This document shows positions 47,281-58,518 of a DNA stretch of 64,000 bases, in pieces. Origin of the DNA: Deltaproteobacteria bacterium (lineage in GTDB: Bacteria > Myxococcota_A > Polyangia > DRWM01 > JAAZOP01). Location: NCBI GenBank assembly GCA_016218815.1, contig JACRCX010000117.1, positions 35,009 through 99,008 on the forward strand, read 5' to 3'. Every line of letters begins with the position of its first letter. Positions within the stretch are counted from its first letter, which is position 1. The notes under the pieces were generated by a model. That model made no database searches and was not told the DNA's origin. It was given only the letters and a program-made list of their open reading frames with translations. The position numbers and the translations under genes were made by a program.

Positions 47281-47350
47281 TCCGAACCGCGGGCTTCAGC
47301 CCGCGGCTGAATCGCGTCGCAGCCGCGCCCTGAAGGGCGCGGTTCCGTTG
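47281..47350 (-). repeat. REP/MITE-like double-hairpin element, copy 3 (inverted orientation; divergent intergenic region between the Cys-rich lipoprotein and the STPK)
   Basis: The reverse complement matches GGAACCGCGCCCTTCAGGGCGCGGCTG...GCCGCGGGCTGAAGCCCGCGGTTCGG. Confidence 0.8.
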
Positions 47351-47491
47351 CCGGCTTCCGCATGGGACATCGATTCGAATACCCTGTCCGTAAGAATGCG
47401 GCCCGTGTGCGGTTCGTCAGTAGCCCGCCATGATCCGTTTGACCGGGCGTTGGCGATGGGTCATGATGCCGGGCGAGCGGGAGGCGATAGC

Positions 47492-49645
<2,154 letters not shown>

Positions 49646-49700
49646 CGCCCGCTGCGATGGATGGAGCCTATGGCGGCCGCGCCGCAAGGGAGGTAGACCG

Positions 49701-50780
49701 ATGCGTTCCTTGGCAGTCCTGGTCCTGGGCTCGGCCGTGATGCTGGCCACGCCGGCCGCGACGGCGCAGACCGACGCGGAGTTCGAGATCGCCCGGCAGT
49801 CCTACATGACCGGCCAGCAGCTCTTCGACGAAGGCCGCTTCCAGGAAGCCGCCGCGGCCTTCCAGCAGTCGTACGACATCGTCCAGTTCGCCGACACGCT
49901 GTTCAACCTCGCCGCCTGCCACGAGGCCATCGGGAACGTCGACCAGGCGCGGGCGGAGTACCAGGCCCTCGTCGCCTCGCCGGACGTCCCGGACGATCTG
50001 CGGTCGCAGGCGCAGGAGTCGTTGACGCGCATCGGCGCCGCTCCCGGCCCCGGCCCCGGTCCGGGTCCCGGCCCCGGCCCCGGTCCGGGTCCCGGTCCCG
50101 GTCCCGGCCCCGCGCCGGCTCCCGCCACCCTCTCGCGGCGCGGCGTCACCACGATCTGGGATGTCGTCGACCGCGACCAGCCGCACCGCGGCCCTGGCGT
50201 CTACCTCTTCGTCGGCGGCGGCGGACCGGTCGGCGGCGGCCAGTACGCGGAAGGCTCGCCCGGCGTCGGCGGCGGCGGCGGCTTCCTCTGGCGCGTCATC
50301 CCCAACCTCTCCGTTCTGGCCGAGATCGGCTTCATCCTCCCCGACCTCGACTACGCCGACTCGGTCGGCAGCACGTCGTCGAAATCGACCTTCCTCATCG
50401 ATCTCATGTTCGGCGTGCGCTACCACATCCTCGGCAGCGGCTTCTGGGATCCGTGGGTCGACGCCGCCGCCGGATGGGCCCGCTGGGCCGGCGCCGCCAA
50501 CCCCAGCTCCAGTTCGGACAGCTCCTACGACGCCGCGCTCGTCCGCCTCGCCGCCGGCCTCGACCTCTTCGTGACCCAGTTCATCGCCCTCGGCGGCCGC
50601 TTCGATTTCGGCATTCCCATCTGGTACCAGTCCGATCCCGCTCTCTGTTCCAACGGGAAGCTGTGCTACCAGGGATACGATTCGACCGGGACCTCGATCA
50701 ACCGGGACATCGCCCGCGAGGATCTCCCCTTCTTCTGGAACTTCACCGTCGGCGGCACGCTGTACTTCACCGCGATCTAG
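49701..50780 (+). CDS. Secreted TPR-like protein with a (PG)n linker and a C-terminal beta-rich, possibly outer-membrane-barrel-like, domain
   Basis: AAGGGAGG RBS and ATG 49701. Signal MRSLAVLVLGSAVMLATPAATAQ. N-terminal helical TPR-like region, then 13 PG dipeptides, then an aromatic/Gly-rich region ending in YFTAI. Confidence 0.6.
   Translation: MRSLAVLVLGSAVMLATPAATAQTDAEFEIARQSYMTGQQLFDEGRFQEAAAAFQQSYDIVQFADTLFNLAACHEAIGNVDQARAEYQALVASPDVPDDLRSQAQESLTRIGAAPGPGPGPGPGPGPGPGPGPGPGPAPAPATLSRRGVTTIWDVVDRDQPHRGPGVYLFVGGGGPVGGGQYAEGSPGVGGGGGFLWRVIPNLSVLAEIGFILPDLDYADSVGSTSSKSTFLIDLMFGVRYHILGSGFWDPWVDAAAGWARWAGAANPSSSSDSSYDAALVRLAAGLDLFVTQFIALGGRFDFGIPIWYQSDPALCSNGKLCYQGYDSTGTSINRDIAREDLPFFWNFTVGGTLYFTAI
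50040..50112 (+). repeat. Coding (CCCGGN)n microsatellite encoding (PG)13 inside the TPR secreted-protein gene
   Basis: ggccccggccccggtccgggtcccggccccggccccggtccgggtcccggtcccggtcccggcccc. Confidence 0.8.
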
Positions 50781-52736
50781 TCACGGCGCCCCTTCCACCG
50801 GAACCGGACGCCCGTCGTGCACGACCGCCGTGCGCACGGGATGCCGCGCCTCGCCGTCCGCGCCGAAGCCCGAGAAGGGCGCCGCCGTGTCCGCCGACTC
50901 CACCGTCCCCAGCGCCCGGCACAGCGCGGGGCGGTTCGTCGCCCCCAGGTCGATCAGCGTCGCCGCAATCCGCGCCGCGTCGTGCGCGAAGGCGTCCAGC
51001 GCCGACGGGCCGGACGGGTAGCGCGCGTCGAAGGCCGTCTCGAACGCCGATCGCTCCGCCGCCGTCGCCGCGGGCACGAATCCCACCGCCGCCACCGCTC
51101 CCTCCACGTAGCGCTTCGCCTCGCCCAGTGCCGCCGGATCTGCCGCGGCCGACGGCAGCAGGTACAGCGCCTCGCGACGCGGCCCGCCGGGCGTCGGCGA
51201 CGCCCCGTCGTGTGGCGCCGGCTGCGGCCACAGGTCCTCGTAGGCCAACGCCGGCGCGATCAAGGCGACCCGCGCGGCCGAGTCGGCGAAGACGATGACG
51301 TCCGGCCGCGCCCGCCGCACGGCCTGCGCCAGCTCCAGGAACTCCGTCTGCGCCGACGTGTAGGACGGCACGTCGATCATCTCCCCGCCCCGCCGGCCCA
51401 CTTCCTCCCCCACCGCCTGCGCGATCAGCTCCCCGTAATGCCCCTCGCCCCGCAGCACGGCGAAGCGGTGCCCCCGGGCGTGCCCCCAGGCGTAGTCCAC
51501 CAGCGCCGCGATCTCGGCCCCGAACGTCGGGTAGTCGCGGAACAGGCACGACGCCGCGTCGCCGACGTCCCGCTGCCCGTTGAGCGAGATCAGCGGCACG
51601 CCCAGCGCCGCCGCCTCCTCGGCCGCCGCCTGCGCGACCCGCGCCTCCACCGGTCCCACGATGGCGATCGCGCGCGAGTCGTCGACCAGCTCCTGCACCG
51701 CCTCCCGCGTCGTCGCCTCGTCGCCTCCGGTGTCCCGCGCCTCGATCACGAAGCGGTCGCCGTACGGGGCGAGGGCGATCTCCACGGCCGCCAGCACCCG
51801 CTCGCCGATCGCCGCCGCGCTCCCGCTCGTCGGGACCAGCACCCCGATGCGCCCGGCGTCGACGTTCGCCGTCTCCGCAATCCGCTCGCGCAACCCCCGC
51901 ACCCACGTCTCGCCCGGACGCGTCGCGTCCACGCGGTCGAGGATCGACGCGGCGGCGACCAGGTCGCCCGCGGCGATCGCCGTCTCCGCGCGCCGCCGCG
52001 CCACCGCCGGCCACAACGGCGACGCCGCGTCGACCGACGCCATCAAGGATTGGATCTCCAGCTCCGTCAGCGCCGAGGGATCGTCCAGCACCGCGGCCGC
52101 CTCGTCCTGCCACCGCCGCGCCTCGGCCGGCTCGCACAACGGCAGGATCTCGGCGACGTGCCGCACCAACGCCTCGCGCATGCCCAGCGCCCGGTCGAGC
52201 CGGATCTGCAGCTCGAGGCGGATGGCCTCGATCAGCGAGTCGCCGGGCAGGAGCGTCAGCCCCTCCAGCCGTCGGGCCGCGGCCCGGCGCTCATCCTCCC
52301 CCGCCGCCGCCAGCGTTCCGTCCGCCTCGGACGACAGGAGGTCGACCAGCTCCGAGTAGCCCGGCACGTACTTCGCCTGCCCGCCCCCGACCTCGGCCAG
52401 CCGCGCCTGCGCCTCCTCCCACCGCCCTTCCGCTACCGCGACGCGCGCCAGGACCAGCCGCGCGGAGTCCGCGGTTTCCCCGTCGCCCGGCGCCGCGAGG
52501 GCATCGGTCGCCGCCCCCGCCGCCTCGTCCAGACGGCCGGCGTCGTAGGCCGCGAGCGCGAGGTCGAGCGGCGTCGGCTCCGGCGGAATGCCGGTCGCGG
52601 CGTCGCCCGCGAGCGATCCGGCCGACGCGTCGGCCTCGGCGCCCAGCGCCGAAGCGGGGCCGTGGACGGAGCCCGGGCCGCAGGCCACCGCGGCGAGGAC
52701 GGGGAGCAACACGGGAAACCGTCGAGGTTTGCGCAT
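50781..52736 (-). CDS. LpoA/LppC-like lipoprotein (N-terminal TPR + type I periplasmic-binding-protein fold)
   Basis: Lipobox MRKPRRFPVLLPVLAAVACG. The N-terminal helical repeats and the C-terminal PBP-like region (IGVLVPTSGSAAAIGERVLAAVEIA...IAIVGPVEARVAQAAAEEAAALGVPLISL) resemble penicillin-binding-protein activator LpoA and Leu/Ile/Val-binding-protein-like folds. Confidence 0.55.
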   Translation of the reverse strand: MRKPRRFPVLLPVLAAVACGPGSVHGPASALGAEADASAGSLAGDAATGIPPEPTPLDLALAAYDAGRLDEAAGAATDALAAPGDGETADSARLVLARVAVAEGRWEEAQARLAEVGGGQAKYVPGYSELVDLLSSEADGTLAAAGEDERRAAARRLEGLTLLPGDSLIEAIRLELQIRLDRALGMREALVRHVAEILPLCEPAEARRWQDEAAAVLDDPSALTELEIQSLMASVDAASPLWPAVARRRAETAIAAGDLVAAASILDRVDATRPGETWVRGLRERIAETANVDAGRIGVLVPTSGSAAAIGERVLAAVEIALAPYGDRFVIEARDTGGDEATTREAVQELVDDSRAIAIVGPVEARVAQAAAEEAAALGVPLISLNGQRDVGDAASCLFRDYPTFGAEIAALVDYAWGHARGHRFAVLRGEGHYGELIAQAVGEEVGRRGGEMIDVPSYTSAQTEFLELAQAVRRARPDVIVFADSAARVALIAPALAYEDLWPQPAPHDGASPTPGGPRREALYLLPSAAADPAALGEAKRYVEGAVAAVGFVPAATAAERSAFETAFDARYPSGPSALDAFAHDAARIAATLIDLGATNRPALCRALGTVESADTAAPFSGFGADGEARHPVRTAVVHDGRPVPVEGAP

Positions 52737-52915
52737 GATTGCAGGGAATATACGTTCGGCGTCGCCGGAGCTTCAACTTTGCGGCCTGGCCACGGGCCGC
52801 GGGGCCTCGGGGGCCAAGCCCCGGGACCTCCCCACCTCCCCAGCCGACCTCTCCACCTCTCCTCAACCGGTCCGGAAAAGGCTGACGCGTCGCTACGAGC
52901 CCCGGGATTGCTCGC

Positions 52916-53284
52916 TCACGGCACGAACGTAGCGCCCGAATCCTCGTTCTCCCGCACCACGATGCGGGCGACGCGGGCGGAGGACTCGGCGAGCTTCTCC
53001 GAAAGTCGCTCGAAGACCCAGCGGGCGAGGTTCTCCGCGCTGGGGTTCATCTTGTCGAAGGGCGGCGTCGCGTTGAGGTCTTGGTGGTCCAGCGCCGCGA
53101 GGATCTCGCGCAGTCGCGTCCGGAGCGCCTTGAAGTCGTATCCGATGCCGATGGCGTCGAGCTTCTCGCAACGGACGACGGCGATGACCTTCCAGTTGTG
53201 GCCGTGGACGTTCTCGCACGGCTGGCCGTAGCCGCACAGCCGATGGGCCGCCGAGAACGACGACGAGACTTCCAATTCCCACAT
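52916..53284 (-). CDS. queD: 6-carboxy-5,6,7,8-tetrahydropterin synthase
   Basis: MWELEVSSSFSAAHRLCGYGQPCENVHGHNW has the CxxxHGH motif, and the protein is about 122 aa. The rest of the maximal ORF to 53947 is Arg-rich artefact. Confidence 0.85.
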   Translation of the reverse strand: MWELEVSSSFSAAHRLCGYGQPCENVHGHNWKVIAVVRCEKLDAIGIGYDFKALRTRLREILAALDHQDLNATPPFDKMNPSAENLARWVFERLSEKLAESSARVARIVVRENEDSGATFVP

Positions 53285-53292
53285 GACGGACC

Positions 53293-54801
53293 TCACGCGC
53301 GCAACGCGGAGCGCACCGACGCGAAGGCGTCCTTGCCGCAGGCCAGCAACGCCGTCGCGGGGGCCGCGCGGCGGGCGAGGGCGGTGATCGAGGCCGTGAC
53401 GTCGCGGATGTCCCACTGCGCGTGCTTGTCCATCCGCAGCCGGGCCATGTGGTGGATCTCGCGCAGGTTGATCACCGCCAGGGCCCTCCGGCGGTGCGCG
53501 TTGGTCAGCACGTACTCCGCCGCGCGCGGCTGGGTCGACGCCAGCCGCGCGAACGTCCCGGCCGACCGCTCGGCCAGCTCTCGCAGCTCGCCCGCCAGCC
53601 CGGCCTCGCGCACGGCCTCGGGTATGGTGATGCCCAGCGCCGGGTCGTAGGGCTGCGCGACCAGCGTCATCATGCGGTGCCGCTTGAGCTGCCCGAAGCA
53701 CGCGGCCGACAGCGCGATCTCGAAGGTGAACGCCGCCGCCTCGAACTCCCGCGGCAGCGCGTCGAACTCGGACAGCTCGGCCAGCGCGTCGCACACGAAA
53801 CCCCGGCGCTCGCCGGACGACATCGCCTTTGCGCGCGCCGAGCAGTTCGCGTACGGCAGCCCGGAGCCCGAGTGCAGCAGCGCGGCGATCACGGCCGCGT
53901 CGGGGTCCGCGGCGCCTCCGAGCAGCGTGACGTCGCCCTCGGTCCATCCGACGGACGCGGCTTCGGGCGCTGCGGAAGCCATCGTCTCCCGCGCCAGGCG
54001 CTCGATCGTGGCTCGGCCGCGGGCGACGAAGCCGTCCGAGACGTCCCGGCCGAATGCCTCGCGGAACCGCTCCGGGTCGGACAGGATGATCAGCGACGGC
54101 GCGACCTCCGAGGCCGCGTCGAACAGTCCCCGCGACAGCGCCCGCACCTCGGCCAGCGGATGATGCCGCAGCTTGCGCACGACGTGCTCCAGGTTGCGCG
54201 CGTTGCCGGAGAATCCGAGCTGCGTCTCGGTGGCCAGGCCCAGCGCGTAGCGCGCGTCCTCCTTGGCCCAGCCCTCGACGGTCTCCACGCCGGTCTTCGT
54301 CCCCAGCATGTCCGAATTACGCTTGCGCTGCAGCTCGAGCAGCTTCTCGAAGGCGCGGCGATAGAACGCGATCTGCTCCGCCGCCGCGGCCTCGAACAGC
54401 TCCCGCTCCGCCGGTCCGAACTCCTCCGGCACGACGTGCTCGCCGCCGAAGGTGACGTAGCGCTGGGACTTCTCCGTGTAGGAGCAGAGGCGGGCGTCCT
54501 CCAGCGCCTCGAGCGCCAGGCGGGAGACGCCGAGGATGTCGAAATTGAGCTGGACGTGCTCGGCGACCGAGTGGTGGCCCATGCGGAAGACGATGGTGCG
54601 GTTGGACTTGCGGGACGCGGGCACGTCGCGCCGCGCCTGCGCCCGCAGCTCCGGAATCGGCTCGGGGAAGCGGCTGATCCGCGCGTAGGCCGCCGAGATC
54701 GTCTCCGGCGTCGGCTCGACGTCCGCCGGCAGCTCGCCGCGCCGCATCGACTGCACGAACTCGCGGTCCAGGGTGTGTCCGGCCAGGATGACCCGCAGCA
54801 T
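53293..54801 (-). CDS. thyX: FAD-dependent thymidylate synthase ThyX, tandem-domain long form
   Basis: ATG 54801 with GGGGAGG RBS. Two ThyX-like halves; the C-terminal half carries the RHR motif (GQLKRHRMMTLVAQ). 502 aa. Confidence 0.7.
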   Translation of the reverse strand: MLRVILAGHTLDREFVQSMRRGELPADVEPTPETISAAYARISRFPEPIPELRAQARRDVPASRKSNRTIVFRMGHHSVAEHVQLNFDILGVSRLALEALEDARLCSYTEKSQRYVTFGGEHVVPEEFGPAERELFEAAAAEQIAFYRRAFEKLLELQRKRNSDMLGTKTGVETVEGWAKEDARYALGLATETQLGFSGNARNLEHVVRKLRHHPLAEVRALSRGLFDAASEVAPSLIILSDPERFREAFGRDVSDGFVARGRATIERLARETMASAAPEAASVGWTEGDVTLLGGAADPDAAVIAALLHSGSGLPYANCSARAKAMSSGERRGFVCDALAELSEFDALPREFEAAAFTFEIALSAACFGQLKRHRMMTLVAQPYDPALGITIPEAVREAGLAGELRELAERSAGTFARLASTQPRAAEYVLTNAHRRRALAVINLREIHHMARLRMDKHAQWDIRDVTASITALARRAAPATALLACGKDAFASVRSALRA

Positions 54802-54869
54802 CGCACCTCCCCGCCGCCCGCCCCCGGCCGCGGCGGACCGTTCGTAGGGCGGGTGCTGTGGCATGTCAA

Positions 54870-54972
54870 GGAGTGGGTCGATCGGAGGAGTGGGTCGATC
54901 GGAGGAGTGCGTTGATCGGAGAAGTTGGTCGATCGGAGGAGTTGGTCGTTTGGAGGAGTTATTGGTGGCCAT
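54870..54972. repeat. Intergenic tandem repeat, about 17-bp unit x6 (GGAGGAGTKGGTCGATC) upstream of thyX
   Basis: ggagtgggtcgatc ggaggagtgggtcgatc ggaggagtgcgttgatc ggagaagttggtcgatc ggaggagttggtcgttt ggaggagttattggtgg. Confidence 0.75.
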
Positions 54973-55051
54973 CCGGACGTGCGCGCCATGCTGCACGAGG
55001 AATTGGCGTCGTGGCTCAACGTACGGGGCACGTAGGGCGCGCAGCACCCCG

Positions 55052-56218
55052 TCAGCCGCCGAGAAGGGGCGGACGCGGCGCGTCATCCCAGACCGGCACC
55101 CATTCATCCGCGAGCGTGCCGTCGAAAAACAGGATCCAGGCGCGCCGCGGGAGCTTGCCGCCACGCAAGACCGGAAGCAACACATCGAGCGCGCCCTGGA
55201 CGTCGACGAGCGCCATGTCCACGTACGAGTAGCGCCTGCCCGTTCCGCCGCCGACGTGGCATCCCAACCCTCGCGGAACGAGGACCTCGTCGACGGCGTC
55301 CTCGATCGCCGTCTTGTCGCGGAAGCCGTCGGCAGGAAGTCTCTGGCTGCCATCAACCTTGAGATAGCAGAACGTTTCACCGCATCGCGAGAAGCGACGG
55401 GAGTCGAAGATCCACCTCGAGTGAGCCGCCTGCCACATCGGAGGGTCCATCGACTTGGCGACTCCCAGATCGAACTGTCCCGGGTAGTCATCAGCTTCAA
55501 CCGGGTTCAGCCGCCACAGGGTCCAGCCGGATGTCTTGTGCCGGCGCCAGCAGGGTTCCGCCGGCAGCCCGCCTTGCCAGGCTTCGATCAGTGCGGCGAC
55601 CCGCGCCGGCAGCTCCGCCAGCGGTGTGCATGGTGATCGGCGCTCGATGGCAACTTCGCCGATCCACAGGTCGAGCACGTCCTCGCCCAGGAGAGTCTCC
55701 GCGGCAAGGAACGAAGCGTCGAGGTCCTTGCCACCGTTGCGGGGGGATCCGGGCGGCGGGCCGAAGGCGAGGTGGACGAGTCCCTCGCCGGGACGAGCGC
55801 TGACTTCGAACGCGCTGATGTCCACGCCGGTCCGCCCCTGCACGGTGAACAGCGCGGACTCCATGCCCTCGGCGAGCCGGTGGGGATAGAACTCCCAGCC
55901 CGGGATCCGTGGGGCCCGCGAGAGGACGACGTCGACAAGCGGACGCAGCCGCCGCTCTGCCTCAGGCGTCAGGACGAGACGCCAGCGCCCCCCGGCCACG
56001 CCGGGAGCGAACTCCCACATGATTCGTTCGTCGATCGCGCCGAGGTTGCGGCCCATCCACTCGGCCAGGTCCCAGTCCGCGGCGCGTGAAAACAGCGCCA
56101 CGATCTGTGGCGCCTGCGCCTCGAACGCCCTCCACCACGTGTCGATCCGGCCCAACATCGCCTGTCGCGCGCGGTCCTCGCTCGGATGAGGGAAACGCCA
56201 TCGCATGGCGGGTCCCAT
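55052..56218 (-). CDS. Hypothetical protein (about 380 aa, Trp-rich), function unknown
   Basis: Unbiased composition, with no signal peptide and no recognisable catalytic motif. It lies 126 bp downstream of the VapB-like antitoxin gene on the same strand. Confidence 0.5.
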   Translation of the reverse strand: MGPAMRWRFPHPSEDRARQAMLGRIDTWWRAFEAQAPQIVALFSRAADWDLAEWMGRNLGAIDERIMWEFAPGVAGGRWRLVLTPEAERRLRPLVDVVLSRAPRIPGWEFYPHRLAEGMESALFTVQGRTGVDISAFEVSARPGEGLVHLAFGPPPGSPRNGGKDLDASFLAAETLLGEDVLDLWIGEVAIERRSPCTPLAELPARVAALIEAWQGGLPAEPCWRRHKTSGWTLWRLNPVEADDYPGQFDLGVAKSMDPPMWQAAHSRWIFDSRRFSRCGETFCYLKVDGSQRLPADGFRDKTAIEDAVDEVLVPRGLGCHVGGGTGRRYSYVDMALVDVQGALDVLLPVLRGGKLPRRAWILFFDGTLADEWVPVWDDAPRPPLLGG

Positions 56219-56343
56219 GAAACCATTGGGGACGGCGGACCGTCAACGTGGCTCCCAACCGCTCCCATCTGGCCTCGATCCTGTGGCTGAGGTCCGGCGG
56301 CCGCGATGGGGGAGGGACTTCCATACCGAGGCAGCGACAACGA

Positions 56344-56595
56344 TCACGCGTTCCGTCCCCGCGGACGCGGCTGTCCCGTTCGTGGCCGCCGTCGCGATCT
56401 CGGAACGTCCACGTCGAGCTCGATGGCGCCCAAGAGGCCCATCATCTCCTTCACGCGGTGGCGCCGGACCGACTCGCGCAGGGAGACGAGCACCGTGTGG
56501 ATCTTGGACTTGAAGCCCAACAGGCGCTGGGCCTCCTCCATCAGCTCGTCCGGAATGTCCAGCGTCGTGCACACACGACGGACACTGCGACCCAT
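56344..56595 (-). CDS. Type II toxin-antitoxin VapB-family (DUF2191-like) antitoxin
   Basis: TTLDIPDELMEEAQRLLGFKSKIHTVLVSLRESVRRHRVKEMMGLLGAIELDVDV matches the MRTTLDIDDELL...A..LTG.KTKTE...ALRELVRR pattern of VapB/DUF2191 antitoxins. Start ATG 56595, or GTG 9 codons downstream. Confidence 0.5.
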   Translation of the reverse strand: MGRSVRRVCTTLDIPDELMEEAQRLLGFKSKIHTVLVSLRESVRRHRVKEMMGLLGAIELDVDVPRSRRRPRTGQPRPRGRNA

Positions 56596-56744
56596 GCCGT
56601 GGAATGTCAATTCCGGTGCGGCAGGTGCGCTGCGTGCGCTGGGAAACCGGCGACTCGCGCCGCCGGCGGCATCATCCTCGCTCGACCTGAAGGCCGGTCG
56701 GATGTACGGTCGCATCCATCGTCCGGGAGAGAGGATCGCGGCCC

Positions 56745-57620
56745 ATGAAGAACCCATCCGTCGGCATCCTGATCGCGTTCCTGGCCGCAACCACGGCCTG
56801 CCGAAGCGGCGGCGCCGGGGGAAGAGGCGCGCGGGACGGCGCCGGCGAAGCGGCCGTTGCCGTCGGGACGACAAGTTCGGCAGCGGCAGAAGCGACGGAA
56901 GCGTCGGCGGACGTGGTGGCGGCGGAAACGTCGGCGGCAGCCGAGGCGTCGCCGACGATCGAGCTGCCGTCGCTGCCGTTCGACCGCATCGCCGTCATCG
57001 GCGCCAGCGTCTCGGCCGGCTTCGGCTCCATCCGTGTCGCCAAGGCGCTCGAGGAGATGATCCGCACGCCGCACCAGACCGGCGACTTCGCCCAGGTCTT
57101 CTTCTTCCAGGATCCGTTCGGCGAGGGCACGCGGCAGGTCGACCGCGCGCTCGAGTTCCGCCCCACCGTCGTCTACGCGCTCGACTTCCTGTTCTGGTAC
57201 GCCTACGGCTCCGGATGGACTCTGGCCGACCGCGAACACAACGTCGACCTCGGCCTGCGGCAGTTGGAACGGCTGGACGCACCCCTCCTTGTCGGCGACG
57301 TCCCGGACATGACCGGCGCGGCCGATTGGATGCTTGACCCCGGCCAGATCCCGCCGCCGCCGGAGCTGGCCGCGCTCAACGCACGCATCCGCCGCTGGGC
57401 CGAAACACACCCGAACGCGATCCTGCTCCCGCTCTCGGAGTGGACCGCGCCCCTGCACGCCACCGCCCCCGTCGTCGTCGACGACACGGGCCGGACCGTT
57501 GCGCCGCGCGAGCTGATGGCCCCTGACGGCCTCCACCCCAACGCCGCCGGCGTGCGCTACCTCCTGCGCCAGATCCACTTCCGGGCAAGCGCCCAGTTTC
57601 CCGGCTCGCTTCCCCGCTGA
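56745..57620 (+). CDS. SGNH/GDSL-type hydrolase lipoprotein
   Basis: Lipobox MKNPSVGILIAFLAATTACRSG. Block I IAVIGASVSAGFG (Ser nucleophile) and block V DGLHPNAAG (DxxH). Confidence 0.65.
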   Translation: MKNPSVGILIAFLAATTACRSGGAGGRGARDGAGEAAVAVGTTSSAAAEATEASADVVAAETSAAAEASPTIELPSLPFDRIAVIGASVSAGFGSIRVAKALEEMIRTPHQTGDFAQVFFFQDPFGEGTRQVDRALEFRPTVVYALDFLFWYAYGSGWTLADREHNVDLGLRQLERLDAPLLVGDVPDMTGAADWMLDPGQIPPPPELAALNARIRRWAETHPNAILLPLSEWTAPLHATAPVVVDDTGRTVAPRELMAPDGLHPNAAGVRYLLRQIHFRASAQFPGSLPR

Positions 57621-57679
57621 ACTGCCGCCTCCCCACCTCTCCAGCCGACCTCCCCACCTCTCCACTTCCGGCTTCGGCC

Positions 57680-57694
57680 CAAGAACCAACAACC
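57680..57694 (+). promoter_or_regulatory. Half-site CAAGAACCAACAACC, 10 bp upstream of TTGACA (NfeD/flotillin operon upstream region)
   Basis: 14 of 15 nt match the 3' half of the site at 29841..29855. TTGACA lies at 57704-57709. Confidence 0.4.
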
Positions 57695-57739
57695 GCTCCC
57701 CTATTGACACCGACCCCCGTTCCGCCCCAGGAAGGGCAC

Positions 57740-58456
57740 ATGACCGGCGCCGAGTTGTTCTCCTGGTACGGGATCGGCTTCGTTGCCGTCTTCGTCCTCG
57801 GCCTCGTCATGCTCGTCATCGGCGTCATGGGCCTCGGCCACGACGGCGACGCGGGTGGCGGCGGGGACCACGACGCGGGCGGGGGAGGGGACCACGACGC
57901 CGGCGCGGCCGATGCCAAGAGCGCGCTGGGCGAGGCCCATGGCGCCGAAGGCGGCGCCGATCATCCCGATGCCGGCCACTCCGTGCTGCTCGACTTCCTC
58001 GGCGTCGGCCGCTGCCCGATGTCGATCCTGCTCATGGTGCTCTGCTTCCTCTTCTCGCTGGTCGGCGTCGCCTCGATCATCATCCTGCGCTCGTTCCTGC
58101 CGCCCGGCGCCCTCGTCGGCGCGCTGGCCTACGCCCTGGCGCTCGTCGGCGGCTTCACGCTCACCGGCGTCGTGGCCCGCGCGATCGGCCGCGTGCTCCC
58201 GTCGACGGAGACGTACGTCGAGCCGGAAGGGCGCCACGTCGGCGCGCTGGGCAAGGCGGTCTACGCCTTCGACGGCGGACAGGGCTTCATCCAGGTGCGG
58301 GACCGCAGCGGCACGATCCACGAGCTGCGCGCGGTCTCCGAGGGGAACGATCCCATCGCAGCCGGGGAATCGGTGCTGGTGCTCGACTACGATCCCGGAA
58401 ACCGAATGTTCCGCGTGCAGAAGGCCCCGGCCGAGCTGACCCGCGGCGGAAGCTGA
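57740..58456 (+). CDS. NfeD/YqiJ-like membrane protein (OB-fold C-terminus), partner of flotillin
   Basis: GGAAGGG RBS and ATG 57740. Two to three TM helices plus a His/Asp/Gly-rich loop. The C-terminal OB-fold is GESVLVLDYDPGNRMFRVQ. Located immediately upstream of the SPFH protein. Confidence 0.7.
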   Translation: MTGAELFSWYGIGFVAVFVLGLVMLVIGVMGLGHDGDAGGGGDHDAGGGGDHDAGAADAKSALGEAHGAEGGADHPDAGHSVLLDFLGVGRCPMSILLMVLCFLFSLVGVASIIILRSFLPPGALVGALAYALALVGGFTLTGVVARAIGRVLPSTETYVEPEGRHVGALGKAVYAFDGGQGFIQVRDRSGTIHELRAVSEGNDPIAAGESVLVLDYDPGNRMFRVQKAPAELTRGGS

Positions 58457-58518
58457 CGGGCATTCCGCCGGGCGGACGTCCCGCGCCGCCGCGAGCGGCG
58501 CGGAAGGAGGGAGACTCG

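Noticed and set aside
44834-47491. The N-terminal 886 codons of the 1603-aa plus-strand ORF.
   Set aside because: Antisense to the Cys-rich lipoprotein gene. The kinase begins at the RBS-supported GTG 47492.
50040-50112. Possible collagen-like or mobile repeat.
   Set aside because: It is an in-frame (PG)13 linker inside an otherwise normal secreted protein. It is a simple coding microsatellite.
56248-56748. A plus-strand 166-aa ORF overlapping the VapB-like gene.
   Set aside because: Arg-rich low complexity. The minus-strand frame carries the recognisable VapB/DUF2191 signature.
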